A stretch of DNA of 63,964 nt, counting the filler, from Octopus bimaculoides (taxonomy: Eukaryota): NCBI RefSeq assembly GCF_001194135.2. It is 11 parts of 8 records of this genome, joined end to end, with 100 filler letters (N's around TTAATTAATTAA, not from the genome) between each part and the next. Parts side by side here need not be neighbours in the genome. Positions count along the whole stretch, not along the records: positions 19,938 to 33,567 come from NC_068986.1; positions 33,668 to 44,957 come from NC_068984.1; 9 more parts are not named here. One strand, written 5' to 3'. Below, one piece after another: positions 24,598-39,455 of this stretch. The position numbers were made by a program, and so were the translations under genes. The notes below the pieces were generated by a model. That model worked only from the letters and a program-made list of their open reading frames with translations. It did no database searches and was not told the origin of the DNA. The first letter of the stretch is position 1. The number at the start of each line of letters is the position of its first letter.

Positions 24598-26024
24598 GCG
24601 TGTGCGTGTGAAAAGAAAACTAGCTCTAATCTTCTGAACTGTTGAGTATCCTGCCGAAAAAGTCATCGGTTAATCAAAGTCCACTAATGTTAAACTGTCA
24701 ATGTTCTAAGTAAATGTATGACCTGCAAACTTTTGTATATGAATTCTTGTCACGACCAAACTTACATATAAAATGCCAAAGTAGATTAAAATAAATTTCC
24801 TTGAAAGGCAGAAAAACTATAACCAAAATAGCAAAAGTAAATATAATGTTTTTTTTTTTAATTCCGTAAATTGAATACTGGAAATCTAGCTTATTTCAGT
24901 ATACGTTATGAGCTGGTTTTCTAAAAGGTTTGATTTGGTGTATTCAAATTCTGATTTGTTCAATATTGGCCGCTAATCGATTCCTGCTACCCAAGTCTCT
25001 TACACTTGTGAAATTTTGAGCAATTAGCCTCTCCGAAATCATAAAACTAAACTCATGATGTGAATAGCTCATAAGCATAATGGAAGGAACAATGTATAGT
25101 ATTGTTATTAAACCTTTCAATATTTTATGTAATCTCCTACTTAGGTACGATACAATATATGTCTGATTCTTAAAATAGAAGATTGTAGCATTCATTATTT
25201 TTCCCAAATAAAATAATTAAGTTTCGTTATGAAAGAATGAATGTCAGGATGTTTTCAGTATAGACTGACTAATGGTTCAGGTCGAGTCTGTGGCATTGTC
25301 ATCTGCCCAAGAGCAGATTTACTTCTTAAGGGCTGTATTACAAATACTTATTTGATCGAGCAAAGAGAGATTAAAAACCACTGTGATTTGAGATCAGAAT
25401 GTGGAGAAATGATACACTGTATGACATTTATCTCCGTACACTGCCCTTTCTCGTAAGTTCCCTAACATAGCAACAAAAAACATATTTGATAATAGCAAAA
25501 CTGTTTTATTTTCTGGCGCATTTCAATATATTTAGTTTTCATGTATTTGTTATATTTAATCTTATCATCCGAAACACTCTTTGCTCTCCACACTAGTAAA
25601 TTCGAACAACGGAATGTGAGCTTTGAAAATTTGAATATATGTATGTATAAAATATTATTTTCCAAAAATCTATTCATGACATGAAACGAGAAGAGAAAAA
25701 AATTTGATATAAAATATAAAACTGGTAATGTTTGAAGAAATGATATTTAATCTTCTAAAATTTAAAGCAAACAAAAGAAAAAGATTTCCCACGAAACAGA
25801 ACACATGACAGAAATGTTAGAGACAAACTCATTGAATTTGGGAAGACAAAGATAAAACTAAAAGAAAGATGTCAATGGTTTGCGATATTTTCTTTTAAGA
25901 TATATGTTTCTAAATTACATACGCACACACAAACAGAGACATATATATGTGTGTGTGTAGATATATACGATTGACGGGTCGTCTACAAAGCCAAACGTTT
26001 TAGGTAGATATATATATATATATA

Positions 26025-26072
<48 letters not shown>

Positions 26073-26170
26073 TGTGTGTGTGTGTGTTTGCATACGTACA
26101 TATTTACTTGTATATTATACATGTACTTACATATATGTAAAAGTATTGGGCCATATACATATGTATATAC

Positions 26171-26208
<38 letters not shown>

Positions 26209-26515
26209 ATACATAATATCTGTGTGTGTATGTGTGTCTGTATGTGTGTCTGTATATGTGTGTGTATGTGTATAAATCTCTTCATCTGTACACGTTCATG
26301 TATATTTTTGAATATATATATGTGTAGATGGGTATATGTAAATATATGCTGGTATATATTCATACATATGTGTTTATGTATGTTAATATATATAATTACA
26401 AGCATATAATAATATTTATACACAATAATATACCCACCTTTCATTCGTACATATATGCATACACATAGGCACATATACACTCACACAAACATTATATATA
26501 TATATATACAGAGAA

Positions 26516-26549
<34 letters not shown>

Positions 26550-26601
26550 GCATGTCGATGTATATATCTGCGTGTTTATGCTTATATGTATACAAATATA
26601 A

Positions 26602-26695
<94 letters not shown>

Positions 26696-27381
26696 ATATA
26701 TGCATATATATATGTATGTGTGTATGTATGTATATGGAAATGTGTATATGTTTGTATGCATTTATAAGTTTCCTTACTGCTCTCTGTGCGTGTGTTGTAT
26801 TCTCATTAAAACGGGAAAATTCTTCAAGCAATGAAAATTGTTGCAGAAAAAATTGAAGATACGTTTATTTAGACAGTGTATACATACTTATTTCTCAATG
26901 TTTCAAATGATTATACAAGATTTCATATATTTTCATGCATGTATATAGACACATAAATAGATAGATATACGATATTTTTAATGTCCGTCATCATCACTAT
27001 TATTGTTAATATTATTATTAAGGTTCCGACCTGGTAGAATCGTTAGCACCCTGGACAAAATATTTTGCAGCGTTTTGTCCATCTTTACGTTCTGAGTTCA
27101 AATTCCGCTAAGGTTAACAAAATAAATACCAGTCGTGTACTAGTGTCGAAGTAATCACAGACTTATGGCCTTGTGCCAAAATTTGAAGTCGTTGAGCTGA
27201 CAGAATCGCTAGGATGTCGATAAAAGGGCTTCAACATATTTTGTCTGTCTTTACGTTCTCAGCGCAGATGGACTTTCCTTTTCATCCAGGCGTCGATAAA
27301 ATAACAGTTGAGCACTGAGGGTCGATGCAATCAACTTATCCCATCCACAAAACTGCTTGCCGTGTGCTAAAATTTGACACC

Positions 27382-27454
<73 letters not shown>

Positions 27455-27456
<2 letters not shown>

Positions 27457-27670
27457 AGGCGGAGAGCTGGCAGAAACGTTAGCACGCCGGACGAAATGCT
27501 TAGCGATATTTCGTCTGTTTTCACGTTCTGATTTCAAATGCCGCGGAGGTTCACTTTTCCTTTCATCCTTTCGGCGTCGATAAATTAAGTACCAGATGCG
27601 TACTAGGATCGATCCAATCGACTGGCCCCTCTCCCAAATTTCAGGCCTTGTGCCTATAATAGAAAGGATT
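27455..27670 (+). mobile_element. Monomeric SINE family A (tail 2) embedded in (ATT)n
   Basis: (ATT)n at 27384-27453, head GGCGGAGAGCTGGCAGAAACG, tail GGCCTTGTGCCTATAATAGAAAGGATTATTATT. Confidence 0.85.
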
Positions 27671-27686
27671 ATTATTATTTTTATCG

Positions 27687-27717
<31 letters not shown>

Positions 27718-27769
27718 CTGATTGACTAACTTGACTTGACTCAGGTTCATTCCTATTCCTGGTAGAATT

Positions 27770-28330
27770 TATGTGAGTGGTAGTTTACTACCTGCAACCT
27801 TAGGTATCCACTAGTTTTCAATAGTCTTTTAAGTGCTTAGAACACGCCTGATAATCTTTCCCGTCTCTACGAGGCAGTCTTTCTGTAGAAGCTCTACAAG
27901 ACATTCTATTCCAATCTCCTCAATTATTTCTCTATATCTTTGATTACAGTTCCCAATGCACCAACTATTTAAAGACATATCCTTTTCAGATTCCATATTC
28001 AAAATTCTTGTCATTTCACATTTTAGTGGATTCCATTTTTAGTTTTTCGTCTTCTTTCTTTCCGATCCTGGAATTAAACAGACATGATAGATCAATTAGT
28101 AAGCAACTCGGTTTTCCTTGTCTATTATTAGTGTCTGGACTATTATTGCAATGAGCTTCTCAAGTTTACTATGATTATACATAATGGATGAAATCCGTTT
28201 CTTCATGATGAGATTTTTACACGAATGAATTATCGGTGATTAAATTTTGTGTTTCCAAATTTATCAATTTATTTGAAAACCGAACTTTTGAGAAAAGTCA
28301 CTTGCGTCTTTAATACAATTCATAAATTCA
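27770..28330 (-). mobile_element. Decayed R4/Dong-clade non-LTR 3' fragment (REL domain end)
   Basis: Frameshifted pieces VGALGTVIKDIE, EEIGIECLVELLQKDCLVETGKIIRRVLST* and CLLIDLS match the R4-type C-terminus. Confidence 0.6.
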
Positions 28331-29825
28331 TCATTTGTTACATTTGGTGAGCCTTTCTTGTGCAATAGAATAAAAAAAACCTTATACTCATGTATAAGTA
28401 TATGACAGTGGTTGGTCCGTAACTGAACACTTCCCGGTCATATCTCATTCACAAGAGGCCGATCTTTTGTCGCAGAAGAACTCTTCCTGCTTTACATGAA
28501 TTAGATTTAATTTTGTCAATATTTGGTCATTCTAACGCGGTGAATTGGCAGAGTCGGTAGCACGACGGACGAAATGCTTCACGTCATTTCGTCCGTCTTT
28601 ACGTTCTGAGTTCAAATTCTCCCGTGGACGATTATGCCTTTCATCCTTTCAGGATTGATAAAATAAGCACCAGCTGAGAACTGGGGTCGATGTAATCGAC
28701 CTACCACTCCCCACAAAATTTCTGGTCATGTGCCAAAATTTGAAGTCAATATTTGGTTATTCCCTTGGCGATTATTTTAACACGCAAGATATAGATTAAT
28801 CGGCAGACATGTTGTAGTTTAGTAGTAAACTGTGTCATCTGTTAATCTTTGTTTTTGTCCTATAGTTATTAGGAAAGAGACATCTAACAACTTTGTCTGG
28901 ATAGTTTAAGATGATATTGATGATGATCGTTGCCTAGCATCACAGTAATTCAAAGAAAGACGATAAACTAATTGCTTTGAAGATTGAATAAGACACGAAT
29001 ATTATAATATTGTAATACTTTGATAAAATGGATTTTCACTTCCTGGTGACGCAGCATGCTAATAGATTTTGTTCAACATTTAGTATTAACAAATAGAAAC
29101 CTATTTCTATTTTTCAATAGTTCGAATTTGCTTTAATGTTGTTTCCCCGAAAAGAGATTATTTTCTAACGTCATGGAATTGAAAGGATTGATTATCGCCA
29201 ATCTTTATAACGTAAGTTTATTCTTAATAGAGATACAATTTTGGTTTAATAATTCAAGCATTTATAGATGCGCTTTTCCCATCCAACTGTTGAGTTATCT
29301 TGTGATATATTTTTGTCGAATTTTCGAGAAGCATTTTACAACAGCCTCTGGATTATTTTACTGTTTCTCTATATAAACAAAGGAAACATTCCGGGCCTTT
29401 AATTTGCCATTCATATCATGTATTCTATATTTGTGACAATAGAGTAGAACGATATAATGTTTATTTGACCCAGCATATTCAGTTGCTATGAATATGCAAT
29501 GAGTAAAACATTCGTTTAATTTGTTATATCACTGGTTATTAAATCCATATACATGCATACATACATGCATACATACATTCATACATACATACATACGTAC
29601 ATACATACCTTTGCCATTTTCCTTTCTACAATGCTTCCAGCGTTCTTTCAAAAAAGACTTCCTGCTATTCATTAGATTTATGTTTGCCTCTTCCAAATAA
29701 ATTCTCCGTTGACAATGCATTAAAAGCCAACCAGTTGCAAGTCTTTAAATAACCTGGTTGAAGAATTGGAATTGCAACAGAGGCGAGATGTCTTCCTTCC
29801 ACTAATTAAATATTTCGATATCCGC

Positions 29826-29893
<68 letters not shown>

Positions 29894-30252
29894 TCTACAC
29901 CATTAATCTTGTTATTAAGATTTCCAGTGGTGGCGATTGATTGAATCGATGGCACACCGGTTCCTATTTTGGTTCGGTATTTTCTGAGTCAAAATCCTGC
30001 CCAGGTTATTTTTGCTATTCATCATTTTAGATCGATAAAATAAGGTACCAGTCAAATACTGTGGTCGATATCATCGATGAAACTCTAATCTTAGAATTTG
30101 CTAACCTTGTACTTAAATTAGAAATAATGTTAACACTACCACCATCGCCTTATACTCGTTGGTACGTTATTCACCACATTACAATGAGTTATAATATTCT
30201 CCCTTTACAAACTATGTTTCAAATTATAATATGAAATGATTTCTTTTCATAC

Positions 30253-30362
30253 TGTTTGTTGGTAGCGCTCGCGTTGATTTTCTTTTGTATCTTTCTTTTT
30301 CAGATCAGATAGTAAACTGTCAGAAAACTCCTGCAAATTTGATTCCAGTCTTTGTCGGACTT
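30253..30362 (-). CDS. Candidate internal exon of an unidentified gene (EVRQRLESNLQEFSDSLLSDLKKKDTKENQRERYQQT)
   Basis: Acceptor catgtatttag, donor ACA|GTATGA, open phase 1 to 0 frame, helical charged composition. Confidence 0.35.
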
Positions 30363-30724
30363 CTAAATACATGATATTAGGAATGGTAATATTTTTGAGG
30401 CAGATACAAGTACATTGTCTTAAGGAACGAACCACTCGCTCTAAAGAAATGAGTTCTAAAAGCAAATGTATATATTTGCAATATTATTCAGAGAAATATG
30501 ATAACAAATACGTCATATTTTTGTTGTGATCCAGTTTATTCAAATGTATTTGTAAAAATAGAAATTACTAAATTGAGAAGATTATTGCCATCTTTCCGTT
30601 ATAAATGTCTTGGTTAATCTACTCTACTAAAAGAAGATGAGGAACTTACCATGTAGGGGAGCATAGATTTCTATTGGTCACATCCTCTTAGTCTATTCTG
30701 GCTCGCAAATGAAATTTATACATT

Positions 30725-30790
<66 letters not shown>

Positions 30791-31309
30791 TGTGTGTGTG
30801 TGTGTGTGTGAGTGTGTGTGTGTGTGCGTGTGTCATGCATACACACGCACATGTCGACGTTAACTCGTTTCCGTTTAATATATCTGTAGCTATTGATTGA
30901 ACCTATTCATCTTGATGGATGCGAAAGGAGCTGATGCCTGAGGTGGCTGTACAAGCCAAAGGCGGTGTAGAAGATCCAGGAGCATCTATCGCAAGAAAGA
31001 GTTATTGGGGACGAGGAAGTGCGAGTCACTGCTTGCTTTTCTTCGACGTCTGATATCTGCCTCTTCGCGTCTGTCATCATTTTCTACCAGGTTAATGCGG
31101 TAAGCTGGCAGAATCGTTAGCACACTGGGCGAAATTCTTAGCGGTATTTTGTCTGTCTTTACGTTCTGAGTTCAAATTCCGCTGAGGTCGACTTTACCTT
31201 TCATCCTTTGGGGGTCGATAAATTAAGTACCAGTTGCGTCCTGGGGTCGATCTAATCGATTGGCCCCTCCCCCGAAATCTCTGGCCCTGTGCCTAGAATA
31301 GAAAAGAGT

Positions 31310-32330
31310 TATTTTCCACCAGGTCTGTTCCCTCGACATGCCACCACGTAGGGCGGTCCTTGGCGGATGTCTCCCAGACATTTGGAGAGACCTTGAACTG
31401 GTCTCGGGAACGGAATTGTGGGGCTCTCCATGGTCTGGTACCTAAAGCCAACGCGGCAAAGACGAGTTCAGGAGGGAGGCACGTTTGATGCATACGTATG
31501 ATGTGTCCGGACAAGCAGGGGACGATGTCGTACCACAGTGGCCTCAATGTTGGGCAGTCCAGCATTGAGCAGAACCTCTTTATTGATGATATAGACTTTC
31601 CATCGAATCCTCTTAATTGCATGAAGTCTCTACTGTTGGAAACGTTTCATTTTCTTCAAGTCTCGCAGATACAATATCCACATCTCACAGCCATAGAGTA
31701 GTGCGAAAAGGAATACGAGCTCGGAATACCATGATTTTTGTTAGTATGGTGGGGTCGTGGTTTAGTAAGAGACTTTCATTTTGAGGGTATTTTGAGCAGT
31801 ATGGGCTGCCCTGATTCTATTCTCGATATCTTTCCGAATGGTGCGGTCGCTGGACAGGTAGCTCCCGAGATATACGAAAGCTTCTACGGTTTCCAGGACA
31901 GTCTCCTGTACTCTTATGCCACTGGTGTTAGGGGGAAATTGGGCGGCGGCTCCCTGTGCAAGGATCTTCGTCTTCATTGCGTTTGTGATCAGATTAAAGC
32001 AGGTATACACATTTTTGAAGTAGTTCACAACCTCGTAAAAACCGGAAACTGAGTGCGCCGGAGTGGCATTGTCATCAGCGTCCTGCAGCTCATGTTCTTT
32101 AGCTAAATTGGTAAGTCGACAGGCTCTGAAGTGGGTGGTGTTGAAAAATCCTCCGTCCATTTTGTAGCGGATGTCTACACCAGCAACTTGATCGGGGATC
32201 TCACAGAACACGACATTGAAGGAGAGGGAAAATAGAGCGGGATTGAGGACGCATCTTTGCTGCAAACCAGTCATAATTAAAAATGAAATGTTCTTGGCGA
32301 TGACCCGGCCAGACATTCAGTCGTGTAGGG
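31310..32330 (-). mobile_element. Decayed RTE (BovB-like) LINE, RT and 3' region
   Basis: TGLQQRCVLNPALF, GVDIRYKMDGGFFN, DADD, FVYLGS, LLYGCEMW, GHIIRM motifs. A family A SINE (31095-31315, +) abuts its 3' end. Confidence 0.85.
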
Positions 32331-33667
32331 CCTGAAAGCGTTTTAGTGGCTCAGTTGCAAATCTTACACATTGAATACAATGGAACCAAGATAAGTGAAT
32401 GAGAAAACAGTTTTTAATGCTTTCCCATCAACATATACAGCAACAACACCAATGACAATAACAATAATGTAACGATTAAAATGACAACATCCACATCGCT
32501 GTTCTCTCTATTTATACGTTTGTAATTATAACAATTTGATGTGTGAATTACAGACAAAATATATTTAAGAACTTGTTCAATATCTTTAAATAATTCAAAT
32601 GTGTATCCAACTAGCATAGATTAACAATTAAGTCCCGATAATTACTGAAATAATCTTTGTATCATCGCTACCCGTTGTGTCTTCATTAACAAGAGGCTAG
32701 AAATATATTAGCATTTTAAATGAGCCTAAACTTATGCTTCAATACCAAGTATATTCTGTAGCAACTAGAGAAAATTTGACAGTTGGCCTCACGTCCGTGA
32801 AGTATTCTTGTCTGTCAGCAGTGATGAGCTTCAATAAAGTTATAAATGCCCTTTTTGGTTGTCTGGATTTAAACGAAGGGGACAAACGGGAAGTTTACTA
32901 CGCATGCCGAGTCGTAACTAATTTTGATAGGTTTCTTCGTTGTTACTTCATCGGAGGGTTTCATCTTTAGTCTAAGTCTTACCACCATTGAAAAACAATC
33001 CACTTTAACAAAACGAAATTTATTTTCACCCATAAACATACGCTCTCTTTATTCACATCTATGTTTATATGTAAGTCATCTAATTCACCATGAATGGTCG
33101 GAGTTTATTTTGATAATACTTTTATAGAAAATTATATGTGGTTTTACATCCTATCACATCTCCTCGCCATACTTGGCATGCAGCCTATTGGCATCGATGC
33201 TCAAGTACACCAGTTCCAGTCATCAAAATGAAAAACACATTCTATTAAAGCGAAATAGGGGGGAAATAGCTGCAGGCGAAATGAAACAAACTATTTTCAT
33301 AAACAAGCTTTATAATGAATACATTTAACTTCATACAACATTTCCTCAAAGTGGAGATACCTTGGGGCAAATATTCGGAATTACTCTGTTAAATAAGCTT
33401 TCAGAAAGACATTCACCGAAATAAAAAGTAAAGGGAAATAAATAACAATAAAAACACCTTGTTTGGAAGACAAATTAGTTTTAATGGTGTTTCGTTGAAA
33501 TAAAGCTATTTAGGTAATAACTAGTGGCAGAGAATACATACAACGCCATACATCCCTATATATATATNNNNNNNNNNNNNNNNNNNNNNNNNNNNNNNNN
33601 NNNNNNNNNNNTTAATTAATTAANNNNNNNNNNNNNNNNNNNNNNNNNNNNNNNNNNNNNNNNNNNN

Positions 33668-33712
<45 letters not shown>

Positions 33713-33855
33713 GAGGAGCTTCTTTCAGTTTCCGTATACTAAATCCACTCAAGGCTATTGTAGAAGACACTTTCCCAAGTGGTACGCAGTGGGGTTGAAC
33801 CCGGAACTATGTGGTTGGGAAGCAAGCTTCTTACCATACAACCACACCTTACAAT

Positions 33856-35025
33856 TCAAAATGGCCACCCTTTGCTTTCAGCACAGCCCTTAATATTTTT
33901 TCAACTGAAGTTCACGACTCTTTCAATCACCTTTTCGCTTAAATTGGACCACAACACCTTAAGAGACTCTTTCAGGTCTGGCATACCTATGAGATGCGTG
34001 AACTATCCCTCTCTAATATGGGCCATATCGCAAATCCATAGGATTACTATCAAGACTTGGTGGAGGCCAAATGAACTTATCAAAAAATCTCCGGAAATGT
34101 CTCTTGGACTAGTTCTGTGTTAACTAGTTTGCGGGTTCTCCGGCTTTAGTGAATTCATAGCGACTTCCAAATGTGACTGACAATCAGGACAACACATTTG
34201 CTGGTAAACTCTGCTCTTCACTTTCACAACTTTTTCAACGAACACCAAGGGTGATTTCGAACCATTAAACGTAAAGGGAGCCCAAACTAGGACACCAGTA
34301 GGTTTTTGCTGCTTGAATTGTGATCTGACATCCTCAGGAATGTTTTCTAGTGAAGTGGCGTAAATCCAATCTTTTTAGTGGTTGATTTACAACCTCCAAG
34401 TTGAAAACCTCGTCCGACCAAACGAAGAATTTGTCTACAGTACGCTGTGTCGCCCTTCAAACTTTTTTTCCCCCCTTGTCAAGCTGTTTTTACTTGGAGG
34501 CACTTGAGAGGAGCTGTCATTGTCGAAACTTGTATGGTTTTAGCCTTAAATCCGCTTTCACTTTCCCCCGTAACCCTTATCCGAAATATTTAGCTCTTTT
34601 GCCATTTTCTTCATGCTCTTTTTTGAATTTTCCTTCATCCTCTTATTGGCGGTTTCAATTATCCTTCTGATACGAACAGAACGGTTTCTTTCTGGAATTG
34701 GGTTTGGTGAAGTTATTTGCCCCTCTTGAAACATTTTTCGTACATTAAAAACAGTTTTTCTGCAAACATTCAACTGTTTTATCACCTCACAGTTCTTTAT
34801 ACCAGCCATTTTCAAAGTTACAATTTGTTCACGGTTTGTATGAGTCACCATATTTAATTAAGGATAACCAATAAAGCAATAAAACAATAGAATGTTAGGA
34901 AGAGTTACACAACATTTGCAACTAGTTTTGTGAAAAAGAATGTTTCAATTTATGTTTGAACAATAGGTAATTTATGTTTAAATAACGAGTAAATGTATAT
35001 GCCACGCCTGGTGTATCAACAATGA
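33856..35025 (-). mobile_element. Decayed Tc1/mariner transposon (maT/DD37D-like)
   Basis: N-terminal HTH (EVIKQLNVCRKTVFNV...KKSMKKMAKELNIS), VLVWA, and WPPPSLDSNPMD (compare WPPSSPDLNPMD); terminal AAAATGGCCACCCT. Confidence 0.7.
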
Positions 35026-35049
35026 AAACATCCACTTTCTCTGGCTAAA

Positions 35050-36700
35050 CATCTCTGTCACCCATTTTGTTGACTTTATTTTCTGTCTCCACTTATCCAT
35101 CAATAGTTACTTGACTGCCTCAAGTCCTTCATTTGTGACAGAGAGACTATCATAGCGCTATTCCAAATAACTGTTCTTTTTCTTACTTCTTTTTTTTCCA
35201 TACTTTTTCTTGTCCCCAGTATTCTTTTTCTCATCCTCAAGCTCTGCCTCGCCCCCACACAACCATAATTATTTTTGTGCCCATCTGTTCGACTGACTAC
35301 TTCCTAATCTAGGCAAAACAGCACACAACTGAACAGCCACCCCCAACGCGTTTTCCAAAATTTCATGTTAGCTAACGGAACAAAGTTATATGGAAACCAC
35401 CCTGGTAACTAAGCAGTTTACTGCATCCTCCTAAATATGCCCCTTTACGCCTCAACTGTAGACACTAAACAGTCTGTAAACTATCTCTGCACTTGAACTG
35501 CAGAAAAGTTTCTTACTAAAAAGGTCTGTAACAACTTGGCAGAATTCCTCTAATAACCACTCCTGAAATAAGATGGCCCTGAAATTTACACCCCCGCTAG
35601 TGAAGTCACCGTACATGTTATATCTGAACTTCATACTGCATAAAACTGCACACACACACGCACACACACAAACTTATTTCAAACTTTCCTTCCCCACTCC
35701 TCTTATTTTACCATCACGTACATAAAGAGCTTAGTAAAGCAATATTTTACTTAATATTAGCAAAGTAGACAACACGTAGACAACTTCCTAGCTAACCTGA
35801 ATGCATATAATCTCTATTACGAATGAATAACCGTTCCCATCACTTTTAGCAACATTAACTCCTCTGCACATGGTGACCACATTTCTTTAACTTCCACACA
35901 CAGGTGTCTTGCATACGCGATCTAAACACCTCATACAAGTTGCACTACCTTTGTTAATAGACTTTGAAGGCGTTGTTTTTCAAAAGCTTTACACTATGAT
36001 ATATATACACAGGAAACAATCTTATATCATATAAACCCTACAGATGAAAAGTATACAATTAAAATACTTAAATTTGCTGCAACGTCTGGTGATCTCAGAT
36101 GACAGTCACTCAAGTATAGCATCCCAAGCATTAGACATATCCTTTACGGAAAAAGTGTACTTCAACTCTGACGAGTTGCTGACCCTCTGAAAAAACTCAA
36201 GTAAAACCAATATTAAACTGTCACTCATACCGCTCACACTTGTACGATGATATTTTTTTCACATATGGAAACATATTGGATCGCATTCTAAAAATCAGAT
36301 CGTCGATTGGTAAAAAAAAGCTCACTCCAATACTCTCACGACTACTCGGGCTCCGGGACCTGTTGTTTAGTTTCTTTATTCCTTCATGAAATACGGTCAC
36401 TGATGCGCTTAACCAGCTAACCGTATACAACAATCTTCCTTTCTCTCACCATCTTTACTGCTTACCACATCGGGCTTTAAACCACTTATTCAAACATTTA
36501 TTCGCAGAGCCACAACCTTTTATAATTCCCTTCCCGTCAGCACTAACCGGATGTAGACACGAACGTATAGACGTCCAAACTGAATATTAACGTTATCAAT
36601 CTCGCTAGTTTGGAAAGGCCTGCAAAGTATGGGCAATGTCCCAACAATTTGGATTGATAAAGCCTAATAAAAGAAAATTACATATATAAAGAACTTTACA
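35050..36700 (-). mobile_element. Heavily decayed L1/Tx1-like RT fragment
   Basis: Broken motifs IKKLNNRSRSP, GLYDI and VKAFEK occur in the expected order. Confidence 0.4.
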
Positions 36701-37725
36701 CTACAGTGCTTTCAGTTTCTTGCAACTGGCTGGTTTCGTACCGCCTCCACCCAGGAAGTCTAAACTTATTCATGTCTTCTCCTCTCACCCAGTTCTTCCT
36801 TTCCAGATTACCATCCCACTGAAATTTTATACCCCTCCTCTACACGTCTTTCCTGCAGCCGTTGGCTTGATCACACAAATCTCAGAGAACCTATTGAAGC
36901 CAAGGTTTTAGCATCTTTTTTGAGACAGACCAAATGAAAAAAGAATCAAATATAAAAAAAAATACGAGGAAATGTAATAAAAATAGTTTATCAAAAGGTA
37001 CGTATTGTGCATCGAAACTAATGTATAGTATATCTTCAAAGCATACTGGACTGTAAGCGATATCAGAATTGATATAGTAAAAAATAATACGGAAAACAAA
37101 TAAGAAATAGGAGGAAAAGTAGAAAAAACAATGAATAAAAAAAGCAAAGAAAAATTGCTTTTTAAGAGCATGAATTTATTCTTTTTGAAAAAAGAAAGAG
37201 AGAAAAGCATAACAAAACCTTCAAAGGAATTAAAATAATCTCGAGTTACTTACGGGTTTTTGGAAAGGCCTTGACAATAATCTGAAGTAGAAGATAAAAA
37301 ACAATGAATGTCAATGACAACGATATATACGCGTATAGTATAGATAAGTATATTTACATACATACATACATACATACAAATACACATCCACAAACAGATA
37401 TAAATACCTGTATATGCATACATATACATGCATGCATACACACACATAAATAGACATCCACGCACATATATTAAAATACATGGACGTACATACATACATA
37501 CACACGTTTACATAACACATATACACATAAAAAACAAAATTATAAATGAATTAATTAGACGTTAAATTCAAATTTATAATTACTTTTAAACGTGTTGAGA
37601 AATCTATTATGCAGAGACCAAGAAGCCATAGAGGCGCTGGCTGAAAATCCGTTTTCAGAAATAGAAAATGTAGTCGAAAAATCTCTCCGTATATACCATA
37701 TGATACAATATGAATAGATGTGAAA

Positions 37726-38074
37726 GCGGCGAGCAGGCAGAAACGTTAGCTCGCCGGACGAAATGCTTAGCGGTATTTCGTCTGCCGTTACGTTCAGTGT
37801 TCAAATTCCGCCGAGGTCGACTTTGCCTTTCATCCTTTCGGAGTTGATAAATTAAGTACCAGTTTCGCACTGGAGTCGATGTAATCGACTTAATCCCTTT
37901 GTCTGTCCTTGTTTGTCCCCTCTATTTTTAGCCCCTTGGGGGCAATAAAGAAATAAGAAACGTTAGCACGCCGGGCGAAATACTTAGCGGTATTTCGCCT
38001 GTCTTTACGTTCTGAGTTCAAAGGTCGACTTTACCTTTCATGCTTTCGGGGTCGATAAATTAAGTACCAGTTGC
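37726..38074 (+). mobile_element. Dimeric SINE family A (complete first unit; second unit runs into gap)
   Basis: Same GGCAATAAAGAAATAAGAAACGTTAGCACG junction as at about 1860 and 17380. Confidence 0.85.
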
Positions 38075-38513
38075 NNNNNNNNNNNNNNNNNNNNNNNNNN
38101 NNNNNNNNNNNNNNNNNNNNNNNNNNNNNNNNNNNNNNNNNNNNNNNNNNNNNNNNNNNNNNNNNNNNNNNNNNNNNNNNNNNNNNNNNNNNNNNNNNNN
38201 NNNNNNNNNNNNNNNNNNNNNNNNNNNNNNNNNNNNNNNNNNNNNNNNNNNNNNNNNNNNNNNNNNNNNNNNNNNNNNNNNNNNNNNNNNNNNNNNNNNN
38301 NNNNNNNNNNNNNNNNNNNNNNNNNNNNNNNNNNNNNNNNNNNNNNNNNNNNNNNNNNNNNNNNNNNNNNNNNNNNNNNNNNNNNNNNNNNNNNNNNNNN
38401 NNNNNNNNNNNNNNNNNNNNNNNNNNNNNNNNNNNNNNNNNNNNNNNNNNNNNNNNNNNNNNNNNNNNNNNNNNNNNNNNNNNNNNNNNNNNNNNNNNNN
38501 NNNNNNNNNNNNN

Positions 38514-38556
<43 letters not shown>

Positions 38557-38704
38557 TTTATCATCCACATGATTCCGGGTTCAGTCCCACTGCGTGACAC
38601 CTTGGGCCTGAGTCTTTTTCTATAGCCTCGGGCCAACAAAAGCCTTGGGAGTGGATTTGGTAGACGGAAACTGAAAGAAGCCCGTCATATATAAATACAT
38701 ACAC

Positions 38705-38750
<46 letters not shown>

Positions 38751-38994
38751 ACATAGTGACGTCATACGATTTTATAAACTTTCGGTAGAACATGAAATAA
38801 TTCTTTTTGGAACTGTATCTCGAAGAACTTAAATGCTATAAATAATAGCATAATAGCATATAAATATTGGATTGAAAAACCCCTTGAGACAGTATATTCA
38901 AATTTAGAGTAACAGATACGTGTTTTGCCGCAGTTGTGGCTTTCAGTGTATACTTGTGTCACTTTCGAAACAAAATCGAATCCGCTATTCTGAA

Positions 38995-39208
38995 GTATTC
39001 TTTTATTCTTTTACTTGTTTCAGTGATTTGACTGCGACCATGCTGGAGCACCCACTTTAGTCGAACAAATCGACTCCAGGACTTATTCTTTGTAAGCCTA
39101 GTACTTATTCTATCGGTTTCTTTTTATCAAACCGCTAAGTTACAGGGACGTAAACGCACCAACATCGGTTGTCAAGCGATGGGTGGTGGGGCAAACACAG
39201 ACTCACAA

Positions 39209-39293
<85 letters not shown>

Positions 39294-39455
39294 ACGGGTT
39301 TCTTTCAGTTTCTACCAACCAAATCCACTCACAAGGCTTTGGCCAGCCCGTGGCTATATTAGGACACTTGCCCAAGGTGCCACGCAGTGGGACTGAACCC
39401 GGAACCATGTGGTTGGGAAGCAAGCCTCTTACCACAAAGCCACTCCCGCGCCTAC
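38995..39455 (-). mobile_element. Full-length SINE family C with internal (TA)n
   Basis: Head GGCGCGGGAGTGGCTTTGTGG, (TA)n at 39220-39291, tail AAGTAAAAGAATAAAAGAATA. Confidence 0.9.

Noticed and set aside
27720-27830. Idea that the R4/Dong family mobilises SINE A because both associate with AAT arrays
   Set aside because: The visible Dong-like 3' UTR shows no similarity to either SINE A tail.
29609-29742. Open - strand block LATGWLLMHCQRRIYLEEANINLMNSRKSFLKERWKHCRKENGK
   Set aside because: The donor is supplied by a (GTAT)n array, the acceptor is weak, and the phase is incompatible with the 30253-30362 exon.
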